DNA of 64,000 nucleotides from a virus: IMG/VR virus record IMGVR_UViG_3300035698_016988, positions 10,622-74,621 of that record. One strand, given 5' to 3'. The position numbers and the translations under genes are program-made. The notes below the pieces were generated by a model that saw only the letters and a program-made list of their open reading frames with translations, searched no databases and was not told the origin of the DNA. This document shows positions 49,163 to 59,653 of the stretch, one piece after another. Position 1 is the stretch's first letter. Each line of letters opens with the position of its first letter.

Positions 49163-51492
49163 TGACATATATCGACGCACACCACGACCAAGAAAAAGAT
49201 ATTGTTCGCGTAGTTGAGCGAGTAAACGGAAAAAGACAAATTACTGAACTGCCGCCAGTTTATGAATTTTATTATGAAGACGAAAACGGATCACATATAG
49301 CCACAACAGGCGAACGTTGCAAACTGGTATCATCCAAACGCAACAAAGATTTCAAACGTGAAATCAAATCTATGCATGGTCGCAAAACATTCGAAGCTGA
49401 CCAAAACATTATTTTCAAAACTCTGAAGAGACATTACCCTAATCAGACTCCACCAGTCTTGAATGTAGCCTTCTTCGACATCGAGGTCGACTTTGACCTA
49501 GAAAAAGGCTACTCAACACCTGAAGACCCGTTCAACGAAGTCACGGCGGTCTCGGTGTATAACGTATGGGAAGACACTCTTTATACCTTAACCATCAAAC
49601 CTGAAACTTTATCAACTGAAGAAGCTCTGGCAATTACATCAGAATTTCCGAACACTGTTCTGTGCGAAACAGAAAACGAAATGTTGATGACGTTCCAAGA
49701 CATAATTGAAGAAGCTGATGTAATTTCAGGTTGGAACTCAGAAGGGTACGACGTACCTTATATGGTGAACAGAACAATTCAACAAATGAACAAAGCTTCG
49801 ACCGCTGGTTGGTGCCTTTGGGGAATGTTACCAGTCAGAACAAAAGTAGAAAAGTTCGGCAAAGAGAATTTGGCTTTTCGTTTGAAAGGTCGTCTTCATG
49901 TTGACTATTTGGATCTATATCAAAAGCATACGCCCAAGACACAAGAGTCTTACAAACTTGACTTCATTGGTTTACAAGAAGTTAATGAACGTAAAGTTGA
50001 ATATGATGGAACCTTGTATCAATTATATCGTGAAGACTTCAAGAAGTTTATCGAATATAACAGACAAGACACGATGCTTCTTCACAAAATCGACAAGAAG
50101 CTTCAATACCTTGACTTAGCCAACCAGATCGCAATTCAGAACTGGGTCTTAATTCCGTCTACTATGGGCACAGTTGCTTGGGTTGACCAGTCAATTATTA
50201 ACGAAGCGCACGAACGCGGCATGGTTGTTCCAACTAAACTTCGAGAAGAAGAACAGACCAACTCAGCAGCAGGTGCATGGGTAGCAGAACCGGAACTTGG
50301 CCTGCAAGAATGGATCGGCGCAGTTGATATTAACTCACTATATCCTTCATGTATTCGACTATTGAATATGAGTCCAGAAACAATCTTTGGTCAGATTAGA
50401 CTTGACCATACGGATGAATATTTGGAAGACAGAATTGTTCGAGAAAACTTGATCTATTCTGTTAAAGGAGTGAAGAAGAAAAATTACACTGAAGCCTGGA
50501 ACGGTTTGTTCGGAACACTTGAATATCAAAAGGTAATAGCAAAAGAAGACGAAGAGATTACCGTTGATTGGGAAGACGGAACATCCATGACGCTTTTAGC
50601 AAGTGAATTGTATGAATTGATTTTCCAAGACGATTCTAATTTGAATATATCAGCAAACGGTACAATCTTTAGAACAGATATTGATGGACTTATCCCGGGA
50701 CTACTCGCTCGTTGGTATAACGAAAGAAAAGTCATGCAGAAGACTTCTAAGATTTGGAAGTCATTGCAAGATGGAATCACTGAGGTCGATAGCCTTTACG
50801 AAGCAATGCTCGAAGAAATTTCAGAAGATGATCGTCAAAATCGAGCCGGTGTTTGGTTTGCGGTTGACTTGGATTATGCTAAGAAGCAGTTTACTTTTTG
50901 GAATATGCGACAGCAAATTCGTAAGATTCAGTTGAACAGCCTTTATGGATCGTTGCTACAAAAGGGATCCAAGTTCTATGACAAGAGACTAGGACAGTCT
51001 GTTACGTTGACAGGTCGTTGCATTACCAAGCATATGACAGCAAAAATCAACGAAACTGTGACTGGACTTTATGATCACACTGGTGATGCCATTGTTTATG
51101 GTGACACCGACAGCCTGATCGGTTCGACAAAAATCGAATCTGAATTTTACGGAGCGGTTTCTATAGAAGATTATTATAAAAGAGGCACGGAGTTATTCGG
51201 TGGCGAAGACCTTGAAAATATGAAATCGTTAAATAAGTCGTTTGTTGCAACTGTGGATGGTCTAGATAAAGTTAAATCATATGATGAAAAAAATAAGAAA
51301 CCGATATTTAGAAAAGCTTCAGTACATCGCCATAAAGTTTCTAAACCGAAATGGAGATTGGTGACAGAATCTGGAAAGGAAGTGATTATTACTGATGATC
51401 ATTCTTTGGTTGTAATGAGAGACGAAAAACTAACTGAAGTTAAACCTTCTCAGGTTGATCCGGAATCTGATCAAGTTGTTTCTCTCCTGTAG
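49162..51492 (+). CDS. gp43: Family B DNA polymerase, N-terminal part, ending in the N-half of a split intein
   Basis: FFDIEVD, GWNSEGYDVPY, YNRQD, DINSLYPS, KIQLNSLYG, YGDTD|S. Confidence 0.95.
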   Translation: MTYIDAHHDQEKDIVRVVERVNGKRQITELPPVYEFYYEDENGSHIATTGERCKLVSSKRNKDFKREIKSMHGRKTFEADQNIIFKTLKRHYPNQTPPVLNVAFFDIEVDFDLEKGYSTPEDPFNEVTAVSVYNVWEDTLYTLTIKPETLSTEEALAITSEFPNTVLCETENEMLMTFQDIIEEADVISGWNSEGYDVPYMVNRTIQQMNKASTAGWCLWGMLPVRTKVEKFGKENLAFRLKGRLHVDYLDLYQKHTPKTQESYKLDFIGLQEVNERKVEYDGTLYQLYREDFKKFIEYNRQDTMLLHKIDKKLQYLDLANQIAIQNWVLIPSTMGTVAWVDQSIINEAHERGMVVPTKLREEEQTNSAAGAWVAEPELGLQEWIGAVDINSLYPSCIRLLNMSPETIFGQIRLDHTDEYLEDRIVRENLIYSVKGVKKKNYTEAWNGLFGTLEYQKVIAKEDEEITVDWEDGTSMTLLASELYELIFQDDSNLNISANGTIFRTDIDGLIPGLLARWYNERKVMQKTSKIWKSLQDGITEVDSLYEAMLEEISEDDRQNRAGVWFAVDLDYAKKQFTFWNMRQQIRKIQLNSLYGSLLQKGSKFYDKRLGQSVTLTGRCITKHMTAKINETVTGLYDHTGDAIVYGDTDSLIGSTKIESEFYGAVSIEDYYKRGTELFGGEDLENMKSLNKSFVATVDGLDKVKSYDEKNKKPIFRKASVHRHKVSKPKWRLVTESGKEVIITDDHSLVVMRDEKLTEVKPSQVDPESDQVVSLL
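51112..51489 (+). mobile_element. Split intein N-fragment (126 aa)
   Basis: Begins SLIGSTKI right after YGDTD; block B ITDDHSLVV. Confidence 0.9.
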
Positions 51493-51581
51493 ACATTTTA
51501 GGTTTTGATTTCTTCTTCAATTTGACCTCTTTGATATAAAATATTATACGGAGCCGTCTCCGTAAATATTAGGGAGGGATA

Positions 51582-51935
51582 ATGGACAAAGATATTTATG
51601 TTGAATGTTTGGTTCACTTCACGTGCAATACGAATCAAATGTGTTTATGGAATTTAAAAGATAGCCGTCCAAACTTTTTTGATATTGCTTGCGCTAAAAA
51701 GAGGAAGATAATCGAATTTAATGGAGATTATTGGCATGCTAATCCTGAGTTATATGAGGCAAGTGATTTAGTTGGCATGGGCGAGAAATCTAAAGCTTCG
51801 GATGTCTGGCTTAAAGACAATTCAAAAATCGACAACGCAGAGGCTAGGGGTTATGCTGTCTTTGTTGTTTGGGAAAAAGATTGGAAAGAAGACCCGGAAG
51901 AAGTGTTGAATAAAGTAGAGGAATTTTGGAAATGA
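51582..51935 (+). CDS. Free-standing Vsr/DUF559-like endonuclease between the intein halves
   Basis: FFD...IIEFNGDYWHANP...GYAVFVVWEKDW. Confidence 0.75.
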   Translation: MDKDIYVECLVHFTCNTNQMCLWNLKDSRPNFFDIACAKKRKIIEFNGDYWHANPELYEASDLVGMGEKSKASDVWLKDNSKIDNAEARGYAVFVVWEKDWKEDPEEVLNKVEEFWK

Positions 51936-51975
51936 TTTTTCAAAGTTATAGCTGAAGGAATTGAATGGGAGTGGT

Positions 51976-52113
51976 ATGATAGAAAAAATTGAAACAATTG
52001 AACAAATCGGTGAGTTTGAAGATGAATGGGTATATGATTTAGAGATTGACGAAGAGGATTCACCGGATGAAATCAAACAGACGTTCTTTGCGAACGATGT
52101 TCTTGTGCATAAC
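51976..52113 (+). mobile_element. Split intein C-fragment (46 aa)
   Basis: WVYDLEI...FFANDVLVHN|S (blocks F and G). Confidence 0.9.
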
Positions 52114-52968
52114 TCTGCGTATTTCTCGACTTGGAAATTCATGCAAGAAAATAACATCGACTTTTCTTGGTCTAAAGAAGACGTCACTAATTTGTACGAT
52201 CAAATTGCTGACCAAACAAACCAGTCATTCCCTGGAAAGATGGATGAAATGTTTCACTCAGGACTTGAACGTGGTGGTATTATTCAAGCTGGTCGTGAAC
52301 TTGTTGGTACTCGTGGTTTGTTTGTAGCAAAGAAAAGATATGCAATTATGGTTTACGACAACGAAGGTTATCGTGAAGACACAGACGGAAAACCAGGCAA
52401 GCTTAAAGTTATGGGACTCGATATCAAACGAGCCGACAGTTCCAAGGCGGTTCAAGACTTCCTAAAGGATTGTGTTGAGTATGTACTTGATGGTGGCGAC
52501 GAGGACGGACTCAAAGAAAAGATCAAGAATTTCAGAACCGTATTCAAGAGTCTACCGCCTTGGGAAAAAGGCTCACCAAAGTCAGCAAACAAAATGTCTG
52601 AATATACGGAATTGTTTGAGAAACTAGGCAAGGGAGCGAAACTCCCAGGGCACGTTCGAGCGTCAGTTAATTGGAATATGCTGAGCAAAGCAAACAAAGA
52701 TTTCTACGCAACGAAAATCTCAGACGGTTCGAGAATTGTAGTCTGCAAGCTAAAGCCGAATAATCCTTTGAACATGACAAGTATCGCATATCCGGTAGGT
52801 GAATTAAATCTTCCTAAATGGTTTAAAGACTTGCCATTTGATGATGATGCAATGGAAGCTTCGGGAGTCGAGAAGAAACTCAAGAACATCTTCGAAGTAT
52901 TGCACTGGGAATTACATATCGGAGAAGCAGCGCACTCTGAAGTTTTGAATTCAATGTTCGAATTCTAA
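51976..52968 (+). CDS. gp43: DNA polymerase B C-terminal part, preceded by the intein C-half
   Basis: GGAG RBS; HN|SAYF, KKRYA, KVMGLDIKR, LPGHVRAS. Confidence 0.92.
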   Translation: MIEKIETIEQIGEFEDEWVYDLEIDEEDSPDEIKQTFFANDVLVHNSAYFSTWKFMQENNIDFSWSKEDVTNLYDQIADQTNQSFPGKMDEMFHSGLERGGIIQAGRELVGTRGLFVAKKRYAIMVYDNEGYREDTDGKPGKLKVMGLDIKRADSSKAVQDFLKDCVEYVLDGGDEDGLKEKIKNFRTVFKSLPPWEKGSPKSANKMSEYTELFEKLGKGAKLPGHVRASVNWNMLSKANKDFYATKISDGSRIVVCKLKPNNPLNMTSIAYPVGELNLPKWFKDLPFDDDAMEASGVEKKLKNIFEVLHWELHIGEAAHSEVLNSMFEF

Positions 52969-53031
52969 TTATTGACAGACTCGATAGTAATCTGTTATTG
53001 TATTAAAAATTAACACAAACAAGGAGACCCA

Positions 53032-53769
53032 ATGAAAAAATATCTACAGGATATTGTAAGATGCACTTCCGGACTTGAGTTCGGGGTTGTTAAAGTTGAA
53101 GGCAACGACAAAGAGACCAAATATCAATCAGTTTCAGACGACAGAACAGTTATTGTTTCGGCAACAGCAAATGAAGTTGTTGACGATTTTAAAGGTGTGT
53201 TCGGACTTTCGAACTTAGCTCTTCTCGGTGGCTTGACTGGTTCAAAGTCATTTAAAGGTGACGATGCAACGGTTACGGTCAGTAAAATCAATCGCGACGG
53301 AAAAGACATTCCAGCAGCTTTCGTATTTGATAATGACTCGGGAATGCACGGCGTTTACCGTTTGATGTCCGAACAAGCTATTCCGAACCAACCGAAGTTT
53401 ACTGGAACGACTTATGCGATCGAAATTGATGAGCCTGCTAAGCAGAAGATTACTGAATTCGCAGAAATCGCGACTTTGTATTCAGCCACAGAAGAAAAGT
53501 TCACGCCGAAGATTGTTGACGACAATTTGATCTTTGCAATTGGCGACGAGAACTCAGCTTCCCACTCTGCATCGGTTATGTTCCAAAAGGACGTAGGCAC
53601 TGCATATAAAGGCGGTTTCTCATGGCCTACTTCTCAGGTTTTGACAATTCTCAAGCTAGCAGAATCCGGTGACTCTTCTTTGTCATTGTCTAATGACGGT
53701 GTAATGAAAGTTGATGTCGATACTGGTATTTCCAAGTGGGAATTCTTACTTCCGGGCCACACTGTTTAA
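53032..53769 (+). CDS. gp45: Sliding clamp (gp45-like)
   Basis: ~245 aa, follows the polymerase; FGLSNLALL and C-terminal WEFLLP. Confidence 0.7.
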   Translation: MKKYLQDIVRCTSGLEFGVVKVEGNDKETKYQSVSDDRTVIVSATANEVVDDFKGVFGLSNLALLGGLTGSKSFKGDDATVTVSKINRDGKDIPAAFVFDNDSGMHGVYRLMSEQAIPNQPKFTGTTYAIEIDEPAKQKITEFAEIATLYSATEEKFTPKIVDDNLIFAIGDENSASHSASVMFQKDVGTAYKGGFSWPTSQVLTILKLAESGDSSLSLSNDGVMKVDVDTGISKWEFLLPGHTV

Positions 53770-53834
53770 ACGAGTAAATAACGGAATCTGTACCAAGGAT
53801 TTCAATACTTTACCGAACACAAAATCGGAGTGAC

Positions 53835-55418
53835 ATGTCAGACATAGATCGTAAGAATTATCGAGAAAATCGGCCCTTTAATGAAAGTCTAGCAAAACAG
53901 ACTACAGATTATTGGGCCGGCAATCGAGATCCAAGACTAGATCCAGAAGATCCACAGGCAGCATACGCTGTCTATCTTCCGGCAACGTCAAGCAACTATG
54001 TGGTATATTCGCATAGACAGAAAGTAGAAGAATTTGGTATGAAGTCGGCTGGCTACGATAAAGGTCACCGACTTCCTGCTTCTTGTCATCCAGATGGGGA
54101 TGAACTGAATTTCTATCAAAAGGATTCCGGTTCATTCTTTTATGGAGCAGGTTTGTATTCTTCAGGCCACGCTACTCTTGACATTGAGAAATCAAAAAGT
54201 CGAGAGTCTTTTGTTCATGAAAGAGATCCTTCCGTTACGATGGTGGGTGACTCTGGTGGTTTCCAATGGGCAACCGGTACATGGAAAACTGATTGGTCTA
54301 ATCAAGCAAGTATTGAGAAAGTTCGTTCAACAGTTTTGAACTGGCTAGAATATACAGCAGATTATGCCATGATCTTGGATATGCCTACCGCTGCTATTTC
54401 CCGGAACAAGGATTGGGACACCATCTACAATATGATGAAGCACCGGTATTCTAATACTGGTCCATACAAACCAACACAAGCGTGCCTAGACTTTACTCTT
54501 GAAAATGCTGATTACTTTATTCGAAACCGAACTGAAGGTGCTGTCAAATTCTTGAACGTGCTGCAAGGTAGATCAGTTTCAGAAGCTGATGCTTGGTTTG
54601 ATGCAGTTAAGCATCTACCGTTTGAGGGTTGGGCTTTTGCTGGTAAGAACGCAATTGACTTTGAAATGATTTGTCGAAGACTGATTGTTCTGCGTGATGA
54701 AAATCTTCTAGACGCTGCGAGACACTGGGTTCACATCCTAGGAGTAAGTCGTATTGGATCGGCCGCTCCGTTGACACAAATTCAAAGAATCCTTCGTAAA
54801 CAAGTTGATCCAAAGATTACAATTAGTTTTGATTCTAGTTCACCGTATTTGGCAACAGCAAACGGATTGAGTTATACCAGAAACGTATTCAACAATAAGC
54901 GATTCACATTTATTATGGACTCGTGTGTTGACGACAAGGATTTGACAGGATCGAATACACCTTTATGTGATTGGTTGCAAGAAACATACGGATCAACACC
55001 AGAAGATTTGACTTGGGCATCCAGAAATCTAACCGTCGGTGACATTTGCACAAAAGGTCATGACAAGGAATCGTCAAGTTCTTGGGACACGGTCTCTTAT
55101 ATTTTGATCATGAATCATAATACCGAGATGCAACTCAAAGCAATCCAAACCGGCAACAGAATTTATGAAGGCTCTGAGCCAGCATTTACCACTGTTCAAG
55201 ACGGGTTGTTCACACATGAAGAAAAGAGAATTCTTCCTGGTCTTGAGTTTATGCGAGAAATCGTATTGCCTGAGATTTTTGAGAGTGAAAAGCCGATGGA
55301 CACGATCAAGAAATATAAAACTTTCCTAACTGGTCGAGACAAAGTTCACGGCACAATTAACGGAACAAAGACTGGACTGTCATTCAGTGATGACACGTTC
55401 TCGGAAAACTTTGAATGA
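53835..55418 (+). CDS. dpdA: TGT-family DNA 7-deazaguanine transglycosylase (DpdA-like)
   Basis: DSGGFQ, LDMP, LNVLQG, HILG, SFDSSS; clustered with folE, queD and queE. Confidence 0.75.
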   Translation: MSDIDRKNYRENRPFNESLAKQTTDYWAGNRDPRLDPEDPQAAYAVYLPATSSNYVVYSHRQKVEEFGMKSAGYDKGHRLPASCHPDGDELNFYQKDSGSFFYGAGLYSSGHATLDIEKSKSRESFVHERDPSVTMVGDSGGFQWATGTWKTDWSNQASIEKVRSTVLNWLEYTADYAMILDMPTAAISRNKDWDTIYNMMKHRYSNTGPYKPTQACLDFTLENADYFIRNRTEGAVKFLNVLQGRSVSEADAWFDAVKHLPFEGWAFAGKNAIDFEMICRRLIVLRDENLLDAARHWVHILGVSRIGSAAPLTQIQRILRKQVDPKITISFDSSSPYLATANGLSYTRNVFNNKRFTFIMDSCVDDKDLTGSNTPLCDWLQETYGSTPEDLTWASRNLTVGDICTKGHDKESSSSWDTVSYILIMNHNTEMQLKAIQTGNRIYEGSEPAFTTVQDGLFTHEEKRILPGLEFMREIVLPEIFESEKPMDTIKKYKTFLTGRDKVHGTINGTKTGLSFSDDTFSENFE

Positions 55419-56770
55419 GAGTAGCATTTGTAATTAGCAAATCCCATCTTCACCCTAATGGTGGAATTGGGCAATTCGCTAAATCTTTTTTAGAAATGGC
55501 TGAGTCACTTGGTTGGTGTGTTGACTTTATCCTTGACATGCCGGCCAGGAACAATGATCCGTTGGTTGATTATATTCAATCAAGAGGGTGCAAGTTCATT
55601 GTTCCGGACCAGCCAATTTCGTATAGCAGGCACACCAGTCTTTTCCAGTTTGGTGATTCGTTTAATATCGAGAAGATGTTGAACTTTCAGAACGCCTTAA
55701 CTAAAGCATTCACTAGATTTATGTATGACTTGGTGATTTCGAATACACCCGAAGCGACCCCTGCTTATCAGTTCATGGATTTATATCATTACTGTCCTTT
55801 GATTCACTATACTCATATCGAGAATAGTGTTTTCTTTGACGCTGAACCGAATGACACTTTCCGTCCTGCGCATACAGCTTTCCTTAGAAACTTGAACACT
55901 TGCCCGGGCGTGATTGTTGGTACTCAGTCCAAACATAACGCTGAACTAATTAAGACTAGATTCCCTGAATCCAATGTCTTGCCTTTACCTATGCCAGTTC
56001 CTGAATTAGATTTGTTGGAAGATGATTTTCCGGAACAGTCAGGGGTTTTGTTTATTGGTCGACATGAAGACAGAAAGAATCCAAAATTATTCGTAAAGAC
56101 TGTGGCCGAGGCGGGACTTCCGGCTAAGGTTTTAACCAAACCAAACTCTGTACCGAAATTCGAGAAGATGTTTGCTGAACATGGAGTTACTGACTATGAA
56201 ATCAAAGCCGGGATCATTGGCAAGGAGAAAACAGACTTCATCAAATCTGCTCGGGTTGCTTTCCATCCCGCTCTTCGTGAGTCTTTTGGTTTTAGTGCTT
56301 TTGAGTCACTACATTCTTGCCCTACTCTTCTTGTTGAAGAGTATCATTGGTGGGCTAATTTTAAAGACATGGGTGTCGAAACGTGCACAAAGAAAACAGC
56401 AAAAGAAAAATTGCTTGAACTCTACAACCAAAAACCAGATCCGAGTAATCGCGTCAAAAGAATGAAAGAAGTTCACGACGAAACTTATCGTCTATGGAAA
56501 GATCTAATCGATTCGCTAGTGATTAAGTCAGCAGATAAAATAGGAAAAAACACTCTGCATTCTACACTTGAGGAACACAAAACCATTAGGCTTCATGACT
56601 ACTGGTTCAAGCACTTAAATAGAACTATGCCAAACATTCCTGACTTTGAATCAGTTTGGTATAAGAAAGCACATTTTAAAGTCATTCAAACTGAAGACGA
56701 TACCTGGATATCAATTGAAGACGATCCGGAGATTCCTGACAAACAAGGAGTAGGGTTGTTTGACTTCTAA
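55415..56770 (+). CDS. GT-B (GT4-like) glycosyltransferase
   Basis: PNGGIGQF, LFIGRHEDRKNP, ESFGFSAFES. Confidence 0.85.
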   Translation: MRVAFVISKSHLHPNGGIGQFAKSFLEMAESLGWCVDFILDMPARNNDPLVDYIQSRGCKFIVPDQPISYSRHTSLFQFGDSFNIEKMLNFQNALTKAFTRFMYDLVISNTPEATPAYQFMDLYHYCPLIHYTHIENSVFFDAEPNDTFRPAHTAFLRNLNTCPGVIVGTQSKHNAELIKTRFPESNVLPLPMPVPELDLLEDDFPEQSGVLFIGRHEDRKNPKLFVKTVAEAGLPAKVLTKPNSVPKFEKMFAEHGVTDYEIKAGIIGKEKTDFIKSARVAFHPALRESFGFSAFESLHSCPTLLVEEYHWWANFKDMGVETCTKKTAKEKLLELYNQKPDPSNRVKRMKEVHDETYRLWKDLIDSLVIKSADKIGKNTLHSTLEEHKTIRLHDYWFKHLNRTMPNIPDFESVWYKKAHFKVIQTEDDTWISIEDDPEIPDKQGVGLFDF

Positions 56771-57026
56771 GGTTGTTCATTGTAAACGAGAACCTTATGA
56801 TATCTACATTGGTCGCCCTTCGAAATGGGGAAACCCTTTTGAAATTGGTTGCGATGGTGACAGACAGCAGGTAATCCAAAAATATACCGAATGGGTAGTC
56901 AAGCAAGAAAATTTGCTTGGCTCTATCCATGAACTAGAAGGTAAAGTATTGGGTTGTTGGTGTCGTCCAAAAGAATGTCACGGTGATGTATTGATTGATT
57001 TGCTGGAAGTAATGAAAGAATATTGA
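56760..57026 (+). CDS. DUF4326-family protein
   Basis: YIGRPSKWGNPF...LGCWCRPKECHGDVL. Confidence 0.85.
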   Translation: MTSKVVHCKREPYDIYIGRPSKWGNPFEIGCDGDRQQVIQKYTEWVVKQENLLGSIHELEGKVLGCWCRPKECHGDVLIDLLEVMKEY

Positions 57027-57072
57027 TTCGTATCGATACTTTCGTTATAATAACAAATAATAAGGAGACACT

Positions 57073-57288
57073 ATGAATAGACCTATGACAGACAGAAAGA
57101 CCGAAATCTTAGTTGAGGGTGAATGGAAACAGATTCACTTCAAAGAACTTAAGATCGGTGATACCTTCAGACTATTTGACGGAACGATTAATCCTGTTAG
57201 ATACAAGGGAAAATATAATTTTGTCGCTACATCGGAACCGTATGTAAGCGGCCTCGGAACTTTGGAGATAGAAATTGAAGAGTCTTAA
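57073..57288 (+). CDS. Hypothetical protein
   Basis: AAGGAG RBS; TTGATT-N17-TATAAT upstream. Confidence 0.6.
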   Translation: MNRPMTDRKTEILVEGEWKQIHFKELKIGDTFRLFDGTINPVRYKGKYNFVATSEPYVSGLGTLEIEIEES

Positions 57289-57703
57289 TATCAAGAAATT
57301 TATTGAAGTTGGTTTTCAGAAAGAGGGTATTCATAAATATCCCGCTGCAGCCACTGATCCAAAACTAAAGACCGGAAAATGGGATGACGTTTCATTTCTA
57401 GCAAATGACCATAGTCATATTTTCCACTTTTGGGTTAGAATTTCAGTTGACCACAGTGATAGAGACATTGAGTTCATTCAGTTCAAACGCTGGCTTGAAT
57501 ATAAAGTAAGCAAACGACTAGATCTTAATTATCGTTCATGTGAAATGTTGGCTGAAGAATTAGCAGAAGTCATTTTGAAAAGATATCCTGGCAGAGAATT
57601 AGAGATCCGAATTTCAGAGGACGGACACCAAGGTGCAGTTTTGCAATTCACTGAAGAAGAAGTAGAAGAAGAAGTTTCAAAATGTTCTCATGTTTCATGC
57701 TGA
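57275..57703 (+). CDS. queD: QueD/PTPS-like T-fold enzyme
   Basis: EGIHKYP, HSHIFHF, DIEFIQFK, SCEMLAE. Confidence 0.75.
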   Translation: MKSLNIKKFIEVGFQKEGIHKYPAAATDPKLKTGKWDDVSFLANDHSHIFHFWVRISVDHSDRDIEFIQFKRWLEYKVSKRLDLNYRSCEMLAEELAEVILKRYPGRELEIRISEDGHQGAVLQFTEEEVEEEVSKCSHVSC

Positions 57704-57743
57704 CAAACATCGAATTTATTCCGCAATTTCGGTTTGACGATTA

Positions 57744-58811
57744 ATGAAAAATACTGTTTGGATCCTATCGCTAGAGCCAATTGACACACGCTATACGCGT
57801 CAGTGGCACGATCATCTTCCAGAAAAGATGCGTGAATGGTTTGATGGCGATATAAAAGTTAGGCAGATCGACGGAGAACAAGTCCCTGCTAAACCATCAC
57901 CCGGTGCCTTCTTAGATTTTGCAGCAACAAACATTTGGAAGTCAACTCAGTTGGCAAAGTTGATGCATAAGATTCAAGATCAAGAAGTCAAGAAAGGTGA
58001 CTATGTGTTGGTTACTGATGCATGGAATCCAGCAGTACTTCAGATTAGATATACAAGTGACCTCTTAGGATTAGAATTGAAACTCGGTGGTATTTGGCAC
58101 GCTGGATCCTATGATCCGAATGACTTCTTAGGAAGAGCATGCGGTGGTGTTGAGTGGACACAGCATACAGAACAAGCATTGTATGCTGCGTTTGATGATA
58201 ACTATTTCGCAACCGATGAACACATCGAATTAATGAAGAAAACATATGAATTAACTGATCCGGTTAGAACAGGTTTCCCATTCGAATACTTTCAAGAAAC
58301 CTTCGAGCCGTATCAACATTTAGAAAAAAGAGACTTAATCCTTTTCCCGCATAGGATTGCTCCGGAAAAGAGACTAGACATTTTTAAATCACTGGCCGAA
58401 AGAATGCCAGAATACGAGTGGGTTGTTTGTCAAGAACAAGAACTCACTAAAGACGAATACCACACGTTGCTCGGAGAAAGCAGATTGGTATTCAGCGCTA
58501 ACCTTCAGGAGACTTTAGGAATTTCAATGATGGAAGGCATCATGTGCAATTCCTTTCCAGTCATGCCTGAACGTTTGAGTTATCCAGAAATGTACGACGA
58601 TGATTTCCTCTACCCTTCATGGTGGGCGTCTTCTGAGTCTGAAAATCTTGATAAACTCGAAGCACACATTAAAGTTCTGATGAGTTGTTGGAAGGAGAAG
58701 CCTTCAGAACTTTTGCTTACGATTGCCGAGCAGCGTAAGCGTCTTGAAAAAAATTATTTGACTGCAAGTATCATGTATGATAAAATTAAGTCAAACATCA
58801 AAGGAGTATAA
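57744..58811 (+). CDS. GT-B glycosyltransferase
   Basis: FPHRIAPEK, QETLGISMMEG, LSYPEMY. Confidence 0.8.
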   Translation: MKNTVWILSLEPIDTRYTRQWHDHLPEKMREWFDGDIKVRQIDGEQVPAKPSPGAFLDFAATNIWKSTQLAKLMHKIQDQEVKKGDYVLVTDAWNPAVLQIRYTSDLLGLELKLGGIWHAGSYDPNDFLGRACGGVEWTQHTEQALYAAFDDNYFATDEHIELMKKTYELTDPVRTGFPFEYFQETFEPYQHLEKRDLILFPHRIAPEKRLDIFKSLAERMPEYEWVVCQEQELTKDEYHTLLGESRLVFSANLQETLGISMMEGIMCNSFPVMPERLSYPEMYDDDFLYPSWWASSESENLDKLEAHIKVLMSCWKEKPSELLLTIAEQRKRLEKNYLTASIMYDKIKSNIKGV

Positions 58812-58813
58812 AC

Positions 58814-59653
58814 ATGGACGATAAAACTCGCGTAATCCAGCGCATCCGATCTACCCAACTAGATAATTCCGAAACTAACTTAACTGATCCCAAAGTCAAT
58901 GATCCAACGGTAAATGAAATTAAAGATGCCATGATCGCGGTTGAAACCGAATACAAAATGTCTGAGATCATCAGAGATAGAATTCTAAAATACAACGAAG
59001 CGGTAATTGAAGACGAAGAAGAAGTTACTTTCCGTTGCAACGATAACATTTCAGCGTTCATTAAAGACGAAGAAGAACTTGATTGGTTAGTTGATGAAGT
59101 CACAAAAAACATGGAAGCTGTTCTTAGATCTTTGGTTATTGATGTCGACAACGATCATAATACCAGAGACACCGCGCGCCGCGTGGCAAAGATGATGGTT
59201 AAAGAAACCTTCTCTGGTAGATTTATTCCAGAACCAACCGTAACTGCATTTCCTAATATGGGTTACGCCGGACTTTATACGACAGGTCCGATCTCGATTA
59301 GATCGACTTGCGCTCACCACTTCCAGAACATTGTCGGAAAGTGTTGGGTCGGGGTGGTTCCTGATAAGGAAGTTATTGGTCTGAGTAAGTTCAACAGAAT
59401 CGTTCATCACATTGCTGAGCGTCCACAAATTCAAGAAGAATTGACTACTCAGGTAGCAAAAGCATTGAAACGATTCACAAAATCAGAAAACATTGCTGTG
59501 GTGATTAAAGCTGAGCACCATTGCATGACTCATAGAGGTGTCAAAGAACACGAATCGGATATGGTAACGACATTACTGTCAGGTAGCTTCGAAGATAACG
59601 ATGCTCTGCGTGCAGAATTCTATAGCATCATCCAAAACTTAAGGAGTTTCTAA
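58814..59653 (+). CDS. folE: GTP cyclohydrolase I
   Basis: TARRVAKM, STCAHH, GLSKFNR, RPQIQEELT, HHCMTHRGV. Confidence 0.95.
   Translation: MDDKTRVIQRIRSTQLDNSETNLTDPKVNDPTVNEIKDAMIAVETEYKMSEIIRDRILKYNEAVIEDEEEVTFRCNDNISAFIKDEEELDWLVDEVTKNMEAVLRSLVIDVDNDHNTRDTARRVAKMMVKETFSGRFIPEPTVTAFPNMGYAGLYTTGPISIRSTCAHHFQNIVGKCWVGVVPDKEVIGLSKFNRIVHHIAERPQIQEELTTQVAKALKRFTKSENIAVVIKAEHHCMTHRGVKEHESDMVTTLLSGSFEDNDALRAEFYSIIQNLRSF

Noticed and set aside
51493-51975. Group I intron in the polymerase gene
   Set aside because: Both flanks carry intein blocks, the downstream part has its own RBS and ATG, and there is little non-coding room for an intron core.
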